From assembly GCA_964416755.1 (NCBI GenBank), contig CAYQFH010000006.1, positions 1 to 47,023 of the forward strand: a stretch of 47,023 nt of DNA. Reading direction: 5' to 3'. This stretch comes from an uncultured Piscirickettsiaceae bacterium. GTDB lineage: Bacteria > Pseudomonadota > Gammaproteobacteria > GCF-002020875. Every line of letters starts with the position of its first letter. Position 1 is the first letter of the stretch. Made by a program: the position numbers and the translations under genes. This document shows, piece after piece, positions 18,185 to 25,768 of this stretch. Under the pieces are notes generated by a model that did no database searches, was not told the DNA's origin, and was given only the letters and a program-made list of their open reading frames with translations.

Positions 18185-18276
18185 GAAATCAATTGGTTCT
18201 AAGGTTTTTCTTAGTGCGTGATAAGAGTGTTCTCATACTCCGTCACATTGTTATATTTCTCGCTGCAACCCTTTAT

Positions 18277-18291
18277 GCAAGGCGTATGCCA
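18277..18291 (-). promoter_or_regulatory. Candidate sigma-54 promoter (minus strand) upstream of the sigma-28 promoter
   Basis: The minus strand reads TGGCAT-ACGCC-TTGC with canonical GG-N10-GC spacing. It is ~195 nt upstream of the MCP start and just downstream of the flhB-like stop. Confidence 0.4.
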
Positions 18292-18325
18292 TGGAGAGAA
18301 TGACAACAAATTGGCGTTATCCGGT

Positions 18326-18598
18326 TTATGAAATCTGTTTGCCGGAGAGTTGATAGGCAAATGCGATAATTTCGGCAACGGCAATATAGAGATTTTCCGG
18401 GACTTCGCTGCCCAGCTCAACGGCAGAGAGCAGCTGAACCAGTTCCGGTTCTTCATAAAGTGGAACATCATGCTCTTTTGCCAGAGCAATAATCTGCTCG
18501 GCAATGACCCCTTTTCCGGTTGCGGTAACCTTCGGGGCGCCAGTACCGTCATATTGGAGGGCAACAGCGAGGTCGAGCGATTTCTCTCTCTTTTCCAT
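18326..18598 (-). CDS. Stand-alone FlhB C-terminal (FlhB_CC-like) domain protein, EscU/YscU/HrcU switch-protein family
   Basis: 90 aa. LDLAVALQYDGTGAPKVTATGKGVIAEQIIALAKEHDVPLYEEPELVQLLSAVELGSEVPENLYIAVAEIIAFAY matches the FlhB/YscU cytoplasmic domain downstream of the NPTH cleavage site. There is no TM region and no NPTH motif. Confidence 0.8.
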   Translation of the reverse strand: MEKREKSLDLAVALQYDGTGAPKVTATGKGVIAEQIIALAKEHDVPLYEEPELVQLLSAVELGSEVPENLYIAVAEIIAFAYQLSGKQIS

Positions 18599-19672
18599 CT
18601 ATGCCTTGATTGAGAATCCGGTGGTGGTTGAGCTGGGTTCAGGAGCCACATCATGAATATTCTTCTGACGGCTGAAGAGGGTACCGGGTTGCAGTCCCGC
18701 AATCGATAGAGCTGACTCCAGCGTTTCGATCTGCTCCGTTATCAGAGCGCTGGTCTCTTCCTTTGCTGTCAGAAAGTGGATGTCCAACTGGTCGTTATGG
18801 TGAATGGCGTGAATCTCCATTTCACCCAGTTGAGGAGGATTGAGCTGAATCTCGATATGCCAGCGGGACCGGTTCTCATCTTCACTCTCCTGCTGTTGAC
18901 GGAATTTCAGCGCGGCCTGCTGTGGGTTGTCCTCAACCATAAAGGGGATCTCTACCTGCCAGCTTCGCTGTGTGGAGTCCCGACTTCCCTGGTCTGGTTG
19001 TGAGGAGGGAGAACCTTGCGCCTGACTCTGTGCGCTTTTGAGTTGATTGAGCTCAATGCGTGCAATCATCGATTCAATCTGTTGTAGCGCCTTCTGTTGT
19101 CCGGGTTGATTGAGCAGTTTGGCTTTGAGCTGCAGCAGTTGCATCTTCAGATCCCCTTTAAGGGACTCTGTTCTGTTGTGGAGCAGGTTGTTCTCCATAA
19201 AGGTTCCGGACTTGCCAATCTGCTGTTTGACCACTTTGGGGTTGAAGAGTTGAGTGATGGTCGGGAGTTGTTGCAGGATCTGCTGAATTGCCATCTGTCC
19301 GCCACTGCCCGTGGTTTGGCTCTGCATCAGCTGCCCCAGATTCTGCAGTGCCTGGGGAAGTGGTAACTGTTTGGGGTAGATTTTCTGTCCGAGTGCATCG
19401 GTCGGAGAGGTGGCAGGCTTGCTAATGGTCAGCGTGATCTGTGGTTGTAGCTGGGCCACAGTCAGTTTCAGTTGTTCACCACTACGCAATGGAAGATCGG
19501 TTTTTGCACTGAGTGTCCCTTGTGGTAGTTGCAATTCTGCCTTTCCACCACGACTGAAGAGCACCGTGGCCTGCAGTTGATCCCCCAGCTGCAAGCGTGG
19601 CAGAGAGCCAGTCTGGTTGGTGACTGCCAGTGTCTGACTGGTTGCGGTTACGGGGGGGGCGGTGATGTTCAA
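18599..19672 (-). CDS. FliK-like protein (second Flg_hook-domain protein)
   Basis: C-terminal Flg_hook-type domain (WHIEIQLNPPQLGEMEIHAIHHNDQLDIHFLTAKEETSALITEQIETLESALSIAGLQPG). Gln-rich middle region. Its stop directly abuts the flhB-like start. Apparent TTG start with no clear RBS. Confidence 0.65.
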   Translation of the reverse strand: MNITAPPVTATSQTLAVTNQTGSLPRLQLGDQLQATVLFSRGGKAELQLPQGTLSAKTDLPLRSGEQLKLTVAQLQPQITLTISKPATSPTDALGQKIYPKQLPLPQALQNLGQLMQSQTTGSGGQMAIQQILQQLPTITQLFNPKVVKQQIGKSGTFMENNLLHNRTESLKGDLKMQLLQLKAKLLNQPGQQKALQQIESMIARIELNQLKSAQSQAQGSPSSQPDQGSRDSTQRSWQVEIPFMVEDNPQQAALKFRQQQESEDENRSRWHIEIQLNPPQLGEMEIHAIHHNDQLDIHFLTAKEETSALITEQIETLESALSIAGLQPGTLFSRQKNIHDVAPEPSSTTTGFSIKA

Positions 19673-19795
19673 TGGGGTTGGTATTCTTTTTGCAGCAGGG
19701 GGTTACTAAAAGGGAGTGGACGTTTTTATGGCATAAGACTTGGGTAAGGCGTCAGTAGGAATTTACTCAAGTTTAGGACGATACAGTGATCCATG

Positions 19796-19822
19796 TAAAG
19801 TTCTAACCAACCCAGACGATAA
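19796..19822 (+). promoter_or_regulatory. Sigma-28-type promoter upstream of the acidic triple-motif protein
   Basis: TAAA-gttctaaccaaccca-GACGATAA. Spacer is 15 nt, with one mismatch to GCCGATAA. Lies ~75 nt upstream of the ATG at 19896. Confidence 0.5.
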
Positions 19823-19838
19823 TGCGATTAGAGAACCA
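19823..19838 (-). promoter_or_regulatory. Weak candidate sigma-54 promoter for the fliK-like/flhB-like pair
   Basis: The minus strand reads TGGTTC-TCTAA-TCGCA. GG-N10-GC spacing is correct, but there are three mismatches to TGGCAC-N5-TTGCA. Confidence 0.3.
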
Positions 19839-19895
19839 GTGTCAGATAGATAAAGCCGTGTACGGTTTGTGCACAGATAAAATGAGATAACAGTT

Positions 19896-21011
19896 ATGGC
19901 AGAAGATCAAGAGAACGGGGTTGAGGCTGAAGCAGAAGAGGAGCTCGATATTGATGCACTTCTTGATGATGTGGCAGAAGGTGGAGAAGGTGGCCCTGAA
20001 GATGTAGAAGATGAAGCAGCAGTAGATGTCGATAGCGTACTGGATGATGCAGTTGAAGATGCGCCTGCAGAGGGGGCTGATGAGATTGTTGCTGAAGATG
20101 ATATTGATGCCATTATGGATGATGTGGCATCAGAACCTGAAACGCCTGCAGAGGAAGAAGTGATCGATGAGATTACAGAAGTGGCTGATGAGCCAGCTGC
20201 TCCGACAGCACCTGCTGAATCACCTGCTCCGGCAGCAGCGCCATCAACAGGGGGGGCATCTTCTGCGGAGCTGGATGGAGTGGTCGCACGGCTGAATGCT
20301 GCAGTAGAGAAGAGTGAATTTATTACCCAGCAACTGGAGGAACGCCACTCTGCGGCAGAACGGTTTGTCAAAGGGGTGAAAGAGGCCTCTAAAGAGCTGA
20401 AGGCAGATCAGGCATCAATCGGTGATGTGGAGAAGAACAGCAAACTGGGGATGATCCTGGGTGGAGTTACCCTGCTGCTCTCCGGTGCGGTACTGGGGCT
20501 GGTAGTCACTGAAGACAAGGAGACGATGCTCTCTCAGGTTGAAACGGTCAGTGCTTCGGTCGATGGCGTGGGAGAAAATGTCAACCTGATTGCGGGTCGT
20601 ATCTTTGAACAGCAGCAGCAGATGGATGAGGCGATGGCCTCTTTTGCCTCTCTGAAAGAGGCGTTGGAGAAGCTGGAGAGTCAACCTGCACCAGCCCCTG
20701 CACCAGCGACACAGGATCCTGTTATGGTAGAGGGTGGTGATGGTGTAGAGGGAGGAGAAGCCGCCATGCCGGAAGTTGCAGTCGACTTCACAGTGGTTGA
20801 AGAGAAGATTGACGAAACCCAGCAGAAGATTCTTGCACTGCATGAGCAGATCAAGAGCAGTGAAGCGCATCTGCCGGAGTTGAAAGCCTACCTTGAACAG
20901 TTGAGTGTTGGACAGCAGCAGCTCAGGCAGGAGCAGGAGAGGTTAATGCAGCTGCAACAGATGATGCTGGAAGCGAAAGAGCGAGGGAAGACAATCTATA
21001 AATTCCCGTAA
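19896..21011 (+). CDS. Single-pass membrane coiled-coil protein with three N-terminal acidic D-x-D-A-L-L-D-D repeats (unknown function)
   Basis: N-terminal ~80 aa carries three ~26-aa repeats headed by LDIDALLDDV, VDVDSVLDDAV and DDIDAIMDDV. Then a Pro/Ala linker, a helical region, a TM (LGMILGGVTLLLSGAVLGLVV) and a C-terminal Gln-rich coiled coil. No recognisable family. Confidence 0.6.
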   Translation: MAEDQENGVEAEAEEELDIDALLDDVAEGGEGGPEDVEDEAAVDVDSVLDDAVEDAPAEGADEIVAEDDIDAIMDDVASEPETPAEEEVIDEITEVADEPAAPTAPAESPAPAAAPSTGGASSAELDGVVARLNAAVEKSEFITQQLEERHSAAERFVKGVKEASKELKADQASIGDVEKNSKLGMILGGVTLLLSGAVLGLVVTEDKETMLSQVETVSASVDGVGENVNLIAGRIFEQQQQMDEAMASFASLKEALEKLESQPAPAPAPATQDPVMVEGGDGVEGGEAAMPEVAVDFTVVEEKIDETQQKILALHEQIKSSEAHLPELKAYLEQLSVGQQQLRQEQERLMQLQQMMLEAKERGKTIYKFP

Positions 21012-21040
21012 TACGATAACGGTGGAGTGAATCAGAAAAT

Positions 21041-21071
21041 GCCGGTGGGGCAACCCTCACCGGCATTTTTT
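21041..21071 (+). terminator. Rho-independent terminator
   Basis: gccggtgggg-caa-cccTcaccggc stem-loop (~10 bp, GC-rich) followed by attttttgt. Confidence 0.75.
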
Positions 21072-21078
21072 GTGTGGC

Positions 21079-21094
21079 TGGCATACTAATTGCT
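21079..21094 (+). promoter_or_regulatory. Sigma-54 promoter upstream of flgB
   Basis: TGGCAT-ACTAA-TTGCT with canonical spacing, ~50 nt upstream of the flgB ATG. Confidence 0.65.
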
Positions 21095-21144
21095 CGAAGG
21101 TTGATGACGTTCAAATAAGTAACAGAAAACCGGCGGATAAGATT

Positions 21145-21531
21145 ATGCCTAATGTACTCGACAACTATCTGGGTGTGCATACACAAGCACTGCAGGTGCG
21201 AACCAAAAAGACCGAACTATTGGCCGCCAACCTTGCCAATGCCGACACTCCCGGATACAAGGCGAAGGATATTGACTTTCGTTCTGCACTGAAGATGGCC
21301 TCCAGTGAGAAGATGAAGACAACGCATTCTCGACACTTTGATTTCAGTGGTCAGGATGCAGGTATGGTGCAGTTTCGTGTCCCTACACAACCATCTGTGG
21401 ATGGCAACACAGTAGAGGCCCATATCGAACAGGGTGAGTTTATGGATAACGCCATGCGTTACCAGGCCACTGTGCAGTTTCTGGGTGGAAAATTCAAATC
21501 GCTGAAATCCGCTTTGCAACCTCCACGATAG
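21145..21531 (+). CDS. flgB: Flagellar proximal rod protein FlgB
   Basis: LGVHTQALQVRTKKTELLAANLANADTPGYKAKDIDF and C-terminal YQATVQFLGGKFKSLKSAL. ATG at 21145 is chosen; the ORF-track start at 21070 lies inside the terminator/promoter region. Confidence 0.9.
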   Translation: MPNVLDNYLGVHTQALQVRTKKTELLAANLANADTPGYKAKDIDFRSALKMASSEKMKTTHSRHFDFSGQDAGMVQFRVPTQPSVDGNTVEAHIEQGEFMDNAMRYQATVQFLGGKFKSLKSALQPPR

Positions 21532-21554
21532 GTGGAATAAAGGAGAAATAGACG

Positions 21555-21980
21555 ATGCCACTATTTGATGTATTTGATATCTCCTCCTCCGGTATGCATG
21601 CACAAAATGTACGCCTGAATACCGTAGCGAGTAATCTGGCCAATGCTGAGACTGTTGCCAGTACAGAAGAGGAGGCCTACCGAGCCAAGGCACCTATTTT
21701 TGAAGAGATTCTCAAGAAGGCGGGAAACAGTCCAATCGAGAAAGCGGGTGGTGTGCGGGTCAAGGAGATTGAGACCAGCAATGCCGAGATTGAACGGCGC
21801 TATGCACCCAACCACCCAATGGCCAATAAGGATGGGTTCATCTTTGCCACCAATGTCAATCCGGTGGAGGAGATGGCCAACATGATGTCCGCCTCACGCT
21901 CCTATGAGAGTAATGTAGAGGTGATCAATACCACCAAGCGGTTATTGATGCGTACCCTGCAAATGGGCAAGGGGCAGTAG
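21555..21980 (+). CDS. flgC: Flagellar proximal rod protein FlgC
   Basis: FDISSSGMHAQNVRLNTVASNLANAETV...GFIFATNVNPVEEMANMMSASRSYESNVEVINTTKRLLMRTLQ. Confidence 0.95.
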   Translation: MPLFDVFDISSSGMHAQNVRLNTVASNLANAETVASTEEEAYRAKAPIFEEILKKAGNSPIEKAGGVRVKEIETSNAEIERRYAPNHPMANKDGFIFATNVNPVEEMANMMSASRSYESNVEVINTTKRLLMRTLQMGKGQ

Positions 21981-22056
21981 TAGCGGGTGAGTGGTAGGTA
22001 GTGGATCGTGGGTAGATGCCTATTCACGGAATGGTCAATCCACCAATCATTAAACA

Positions 22057-22072
22057 TGGCACACCCTTTGCA
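22057..22072 (+). promoter_or_regulatory. Sigma-54 promoter upstream of flgD
   Basis: TGGCAC-ACCCT-TTGCA is an exact consensus match, in the 135-nt flgC-flgD gap. Confidence 0.65.
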
Positions 22073-22115
22073 TTTTCGTCATTGAACGAAAAATATCAGT
22101 TACAGGGATATCACG

Positions 22116-22781
22116 ATGGAAGTCTCCAACACAACAACGACACAGTTTACCAACACACTCACTGCAGAGAATGCCGATATCAGCCAGTCTCTGGGGCAGG
22201 AGGATTTTCTCAAGTTGATGGTGGCACAGGTGCAGAACCAGGACCCCTTTGCTCCGATGGAAAACGGGGACTTTATTGGTCAGATGGCACAGTTCAGCTC
22301 TGTTGATGGTATCAATGCGATGAATGATTCACTGGAGAAGATGTCTGCGGCATTCTCTCAGGGGCAGAGTTTGCAGGCGGCAAGCCTGGTAGGGCGGCAA
22401 GTTGTGGCGCCCTCCGCTACGGCAAATTTGACCACGGGTACCCCTATGCAAGGGGAGATAGAATTGACTGAGAGTGTCTCCTCTCTGGGGCTGGAAATCC
22501 GCGATCAGAGTGGTGTGTTGGTACAAACACTGGATTTGGGTGCACAGGTTCCCGGTCGTATTGCATTCAGTTGGGATGGTAATAATATTGAAGGAAAACA
22601 ACAGCTTGATGGTAAATATTTTATCAATGCATCGGCCCAGGTTGGGGGAGAAACCAAGGGGTACACCACATTGACAGCCATTAAGGTGGATAGTGTCTCC
22701 TTGGCAGGGGGGACGACTCCACAGCTCTATCTGGCAAATGGCACGAATATTGGATTAGACAAGGTCGAGCAGATTCATTAA
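22116..22781 (+). CDS. flgD: Flagellar hook capping/assembly protein FlgD
   Basis: LGQEDFLKLMVAQVQNQDPFAPMENGDFIGQMAQFSSVDGI is the FlgD N-domain signature. C-terminal FlgD Ig-like region. Confidence 0.9.
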   Translation: MEVSNTTTTQFTNTLTAENADISQSLGQEDFLKLMVAQVQNQDPFAPMENGDFIGQMAQFSSVDGINAMNDSLEKMSAAFSQGQSLQAASLVGRQVVAPSATANLTTGTPMQGEIELTESVSSLGLEIRDQSGVLVQTLDLGAQVPGRIAFSWDGNNIEGKQQLDGKYFINASAQVGGETKGYTTLTAIKVDSVSLAGGTTPQLYLANGTNIGLDKVEQIH

Positions 22782-22836
22782 TTGAACTGCAATAATAAAT
22801 TTAGACAGTTAACACTTACGTTTGAGGGAATAGAAC

Positions 22837-24852
22837 ATGGGCATCGGACATAGCGGATTGAGTGGAGTTAAGGCGGCAACCTTTGACCTCTCTGCAATTG
22901 GTAACAATATCTCCAATGCGGGAACCGTAGGCTTCAAGAAATCCACGGTTGAATTTGCGGATGTAATGTCAGGGACTGTAGGTGGTGGTGTGGAGGTCTC
23001 TGACCTGCGCCAGTCATTTGATCAGGGCAGCATTCAGGGCACTGGTAACACTTGGGATCTGGCAATCTCAGGGCGTGGCTTCTTCAAGGTTTCTGAAGGT
23101 AGTGATGACCCCAATGTGGCCGTAAAGGACAACTACTATACCCGAAACGGCTCATTCGGTGTGGATGCTGATGGTTATGTAGTCAACTCTCGTGGTATGC
23201 GCCTCCATATGTTCGAGGCAAAAAATACCGGTACTACTGTAGAGTTCCCTGTTTCCACCAACACCACCGAGATCCAGATTGAACAGACCGATGCAGTGGC
23301 CAAGGCCACGGAAGAGCTGACCGGTGTATTCAATGTGGATGCACGTGTAGCTGCACGAGGCCGGGCAGTTGAGCCCAGTACGGCGGATCTTGAATCTTCC
23401 GATGATGGAACGGTTCCATTGACCATGCCCACTGCCTCGGATACCAATCGATTGACGGTTGGAAGTAGTTTTATCCTGAATGGGATTACGGTTGAGGCAA
23501 GCGGTAGTGCACAACTCAATGGTGGGCCAGCCAACTCCACCTTCCCTGCCAACTCCGAATTCAAGATGCGGGATCTGGATGGTAACGTGGTCACGATCAG
23601 TATCGGTACCGGAACCAAACTGGATGACTTCAAGACGGCCATCAACGCAAAAACCGATGATACCGGCGTGGTTGCCGAGTATCTCAGTTCTGGACAACTG
23701 AAACTGACCTCCACCGAGGGAGATATTGTGATCTGGGATTCCGGTGCAGATACCATCATTGAGGATCTTGGCTTTACTGTACCCACACCAGGCACGGCGG
23801 TGGCGCAGAATGAGGTTATTGAGCCGGGTGTTTCCCTGGATTCTCTGGCCAATGATATCAATGCCTCCGGTACCGGTGTCACCGCAGCTATTATCCAGCA
23901 TAAAGGAGCTGATGTGATCCAGATGAGTGCATCGGTCAATATTGAGATTGCTGCAGGTACCGGAGTCACCAGAGGGGCAGACACTACCGGCGATCTGCTC
24001 GATTTTGCCGGACTTGCGCCGGGACCAACCAATGTCTCTTATGATGGAGTGGTAGACCCGACCAATGACCTGACTTACGACCATTCAGTGACCTCGATTC
24101 TGTATGACACACTGGGTTCCAAACAGACGGTCAACACCTTCTTTCAGAAGATCACTGATGGTCATTGGGAGGTGTTTGCACAACGGGTTGACTCGCTGGG
24201 GAATACCTATCCTGCAGACAAGGCGGAGACCCTTAAGGTGGCAACCTTGATGTTTGATAACACCGGTGGTCTGACCCAAGTCTACTCAGGGGAGAACTCA
24301 GGGGATGCCGAGATTACTGCAAACCCCTCTTATGACACTACAGCGGCGGTTCCGGTAACGGCCAATGGGGCAAAAATTACCATCCCTACCGGCTCTGCGG
24401 CAGTGGGCAAGGATGAGTTCCTGACCATGGATATTGCAGGGACCAACCAGTTTGCCGGCAAGTTCCGCATTATTGACCTCTCTCAGGATGGTTACTCCAG
24501 TGGTGCGTTGACGGGGGTTGATGTGGATGAAGATGGCGTCATTCGAGCCAGTTATACCAACGGCAATACCGAAGAGCTGGGCAAAGTGGCACTGTTTGAA
24601 TTCAATAATCCACATGGATTACGTCAGGAAGGCGGTGTACTCTGGGCTGAGACCAATGATTCTGGTGATGCCCGTCCCGGTGAGCCTGGTGAGTCGATCT
24701 TTGGCCGCATCAAGTCGCAGTCTCTGGAGAGCTCTGCAGTGGATGTGACTTCCGAGCTGGTGAATCTGATTACCGCGCAGCGTAACTTCCAGGCCAACTC
24801 CAAGATGATCAGTGCCAGTAAAGAGATGAATCAGGTGGTATTGAACATCTGA
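22837..24852 (+). CDS. flgE: Flagellar hook protein FlgE (enlarged, 671 aa)
   Basis: N-terminus HSGLSGVKAATFDLSAIGNNISNAGTVGFKKS. C-terminus LESSAVDVTSELVNLITAQRNFQANSKMISASKEMNQVVLNI. Large Thr/Gly/Asp-rich central insertion. Confidence 0.9.
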   Translation: MGIGHSGLSGVKAATFDLSAIGNNISNAGTVGFKKSTVEFADVMSGTVGGGVEVSDLRQSFDQGSIQGTGNTWDLAISGRGFFKVSEGSDDPNVAVKDNYYTRNGSFGVDADGYVVNSRGMRLHMFEAKNTGTTVEFPVSTNTTEIQIEQTDAVAKATEELTGVFNVDARVAARGRAVEPSTADLESSDDGTVPLTMPTASDTNRLTVGSSFILNGITVEASGSAQLNGGPANSTFPANSEFKMRDLDGNVVTISIGTGTKLDDFKTAINAKTDDTGVVAEYLSSGQLKLTSTEGDIVIWDSGADTIIEDLGFTVPTPGTAVAQNEVIEPGVSLDSLANDINASGTGVTAAIIQHKGADVIQMSASVNIEIAAGTGVTRGADTTGDLLDFAGLAPGPTNVSYDGVVDPTNDLTYDHSVTSILYDTLGSKQTVNTFFQKITDGHWEVFAQRVDSLGNTYPADKAETLKVATLMFDNTGGLTQVYSGENSGDAEITANPSYDTTAAVPVTANGAKITIPTGSAAVGKDEFLTMDIAGTNQFAGKFRIIDLSQDGYSSGALTGVDVDEDGVIRASYTNGNTEELGKVALFEFNNPHGLRQEGGVLWAETNDSGDARPGEPGESIFGRIKSQSLESSAVDVTSELVNLITAQRNFQANSKMISASKEMNQVVLNI

Positions 24853-24885
24853 TAAAAATTCCCGGTTAGTGCCCAGAGGGGCAGC

Positions 24886-24925
24886 AGCCTGCTATCTGAT
24901 TTTGAACAGATAGCAGGCTTTTTTG
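24886..24925 (+). terminator. Rho-independent terminator after flgE
   Basis: agcctgctatctg-attttgaa-cagatagcaggct (13-bp perfect stem) followed by tttttt. Confidence 0.8.
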
Positions 24926-24929
24926 TGGT

Positions 24930-24945
24930 TGGCATATTTACTGCA
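24930..24945 (+). promoter_or_regulatory. Sigma-54 promoter upstream of flgF
   Basis: TGGCAT-ATTTA-CTGCA with canonical GG-N10-GC spacing, ~57 nt upstream of the flgF ATG. Confidence 0.6.
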
Positions 24946-25001
24946 TTCTTATTTGGCACGAATAGCTTTGGAATGAAACGTCAGTAAAACGGCAGAAAAC
25001 T

Positions 25002-25742
25002 ATGGATCGAATGCTCTATACCGCAATGACCGGTGCCACCGAGATGGTACATGCACAGAGTGTCACTGCAAATAATCTGGCCAATGCAACGACGCATGGC
25101 TTCAAGAAGGATCTGGCAGTGATGATGCACCGTCCGGTACGTGGAGAGGATGATTCCCGTCACTATGCGGTTGTGACAACAGAAGCACAAGATTTTAAGC
25201 AGGGGCAATTGCTGACGACAAACCGGGATCTGGATGTTGCAGTGGATGGAAACGGCTGGCTTGCTGTCGCTGGACAGGATGGTACGACGGGATATACCCG
25301 CTCCGGTTCGCTGTTAGTCAGTGGAGATGGCTTCTTGCGCAACCGTTCTGGAGAGATGGTGCTGGGAAACGAGGGGCCAATCTCCATTCCTCCCGATTCA
25401 CGGGTAGAGATTGCCTCGGATGGTTCAGTCAATGTGTATGGAACGGGTGATTTTGAGGGGGATGTGGCGCAGATTGATCGCATTTTGTTGGTCAATCCAG
25501 ATTTGCAGGAGTTGAAGAAAGGGGATAACGGGCTGTTTCAAATGAAGAACGGCGGAGAAGCTGAGCCAGAGGCCGGGGTCCGCCTGCTTACAGGTGTATT
25601 GGAAGGAAGCAACGTCAGTGCAATTGAAGCGATGACTGAGATGATCCAGACCTCACGTCAATATGAGATGCAGGTCAAAATGATGAAGACTGCAAATGAC
25701 TTGTCCCAGCGCAGTAGTTCTATTTTACGGGTAATGGGTTAA
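25002..25742 (+). CDS. flgF: Flagellar proximal rod protein FlgF
   Basis: MDRMLYTAMTGATEMVHAQSVTANNLANATTHGFKKD and C-terminal LEGSNVSAIEAMTEMIQTSRQYEMQVKMMKTANDL. Confidence 0.9.
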   Translation: MDRMLYTAMTGATEMVHAQSVTANNLANATTHGFKKDLAVMMHRPVRGEDDSRHYAVVTTEAQDFKQGQLLTTNRDLDVAVDGNGWLAVAGQDGTTGYTRSGSLLVSGDGFLRNRSGEMVLGNEGPISIPPDSRVEIASDGSVNVYGTGDFEGDVAQIDRILLVNPDLQELKKGDNGLFQMKNGGEAEPEAGVRLLTGVLEGSNVSAIEAMTEMIQTSRQYEMQVKMMKTANDLSQRSSSILRVMG

Positions 25743-25768
25743 TAGAGAATTAGTTAGGAGAGAACGTA

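Noticed and set aside
16043-21011. A possible shared C-terminal motif (…GITFP and …TIYKFP) between the two acidic membrane proteins, suggesting paralogy.
   Set aside because: Only the terminal F-P and a preceding T/I are shared, which is too short to distinguish from chance. The shared architecture is noted but homology is not claimed.
22073-22092. A 7-bp hairpin (ttttcgt-cattga-acgaaaa) just after the flgD sigma-54 promoter, considered as a leader regulatory structure.
   Set aside because: It is AT-rich and short. It overlaps the predicted transcription start, so only part of it would be in the RNA. It cannot be supported without data.
24954-24969. A second TGGCAC motif upstream of flgF (TGGCACGAATAGCTTT).
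   Set aside because: The GG-to-GC spacing is two nucleotides short of the sigma-54 consensus. The element at 24930-24945 has correct spacing.
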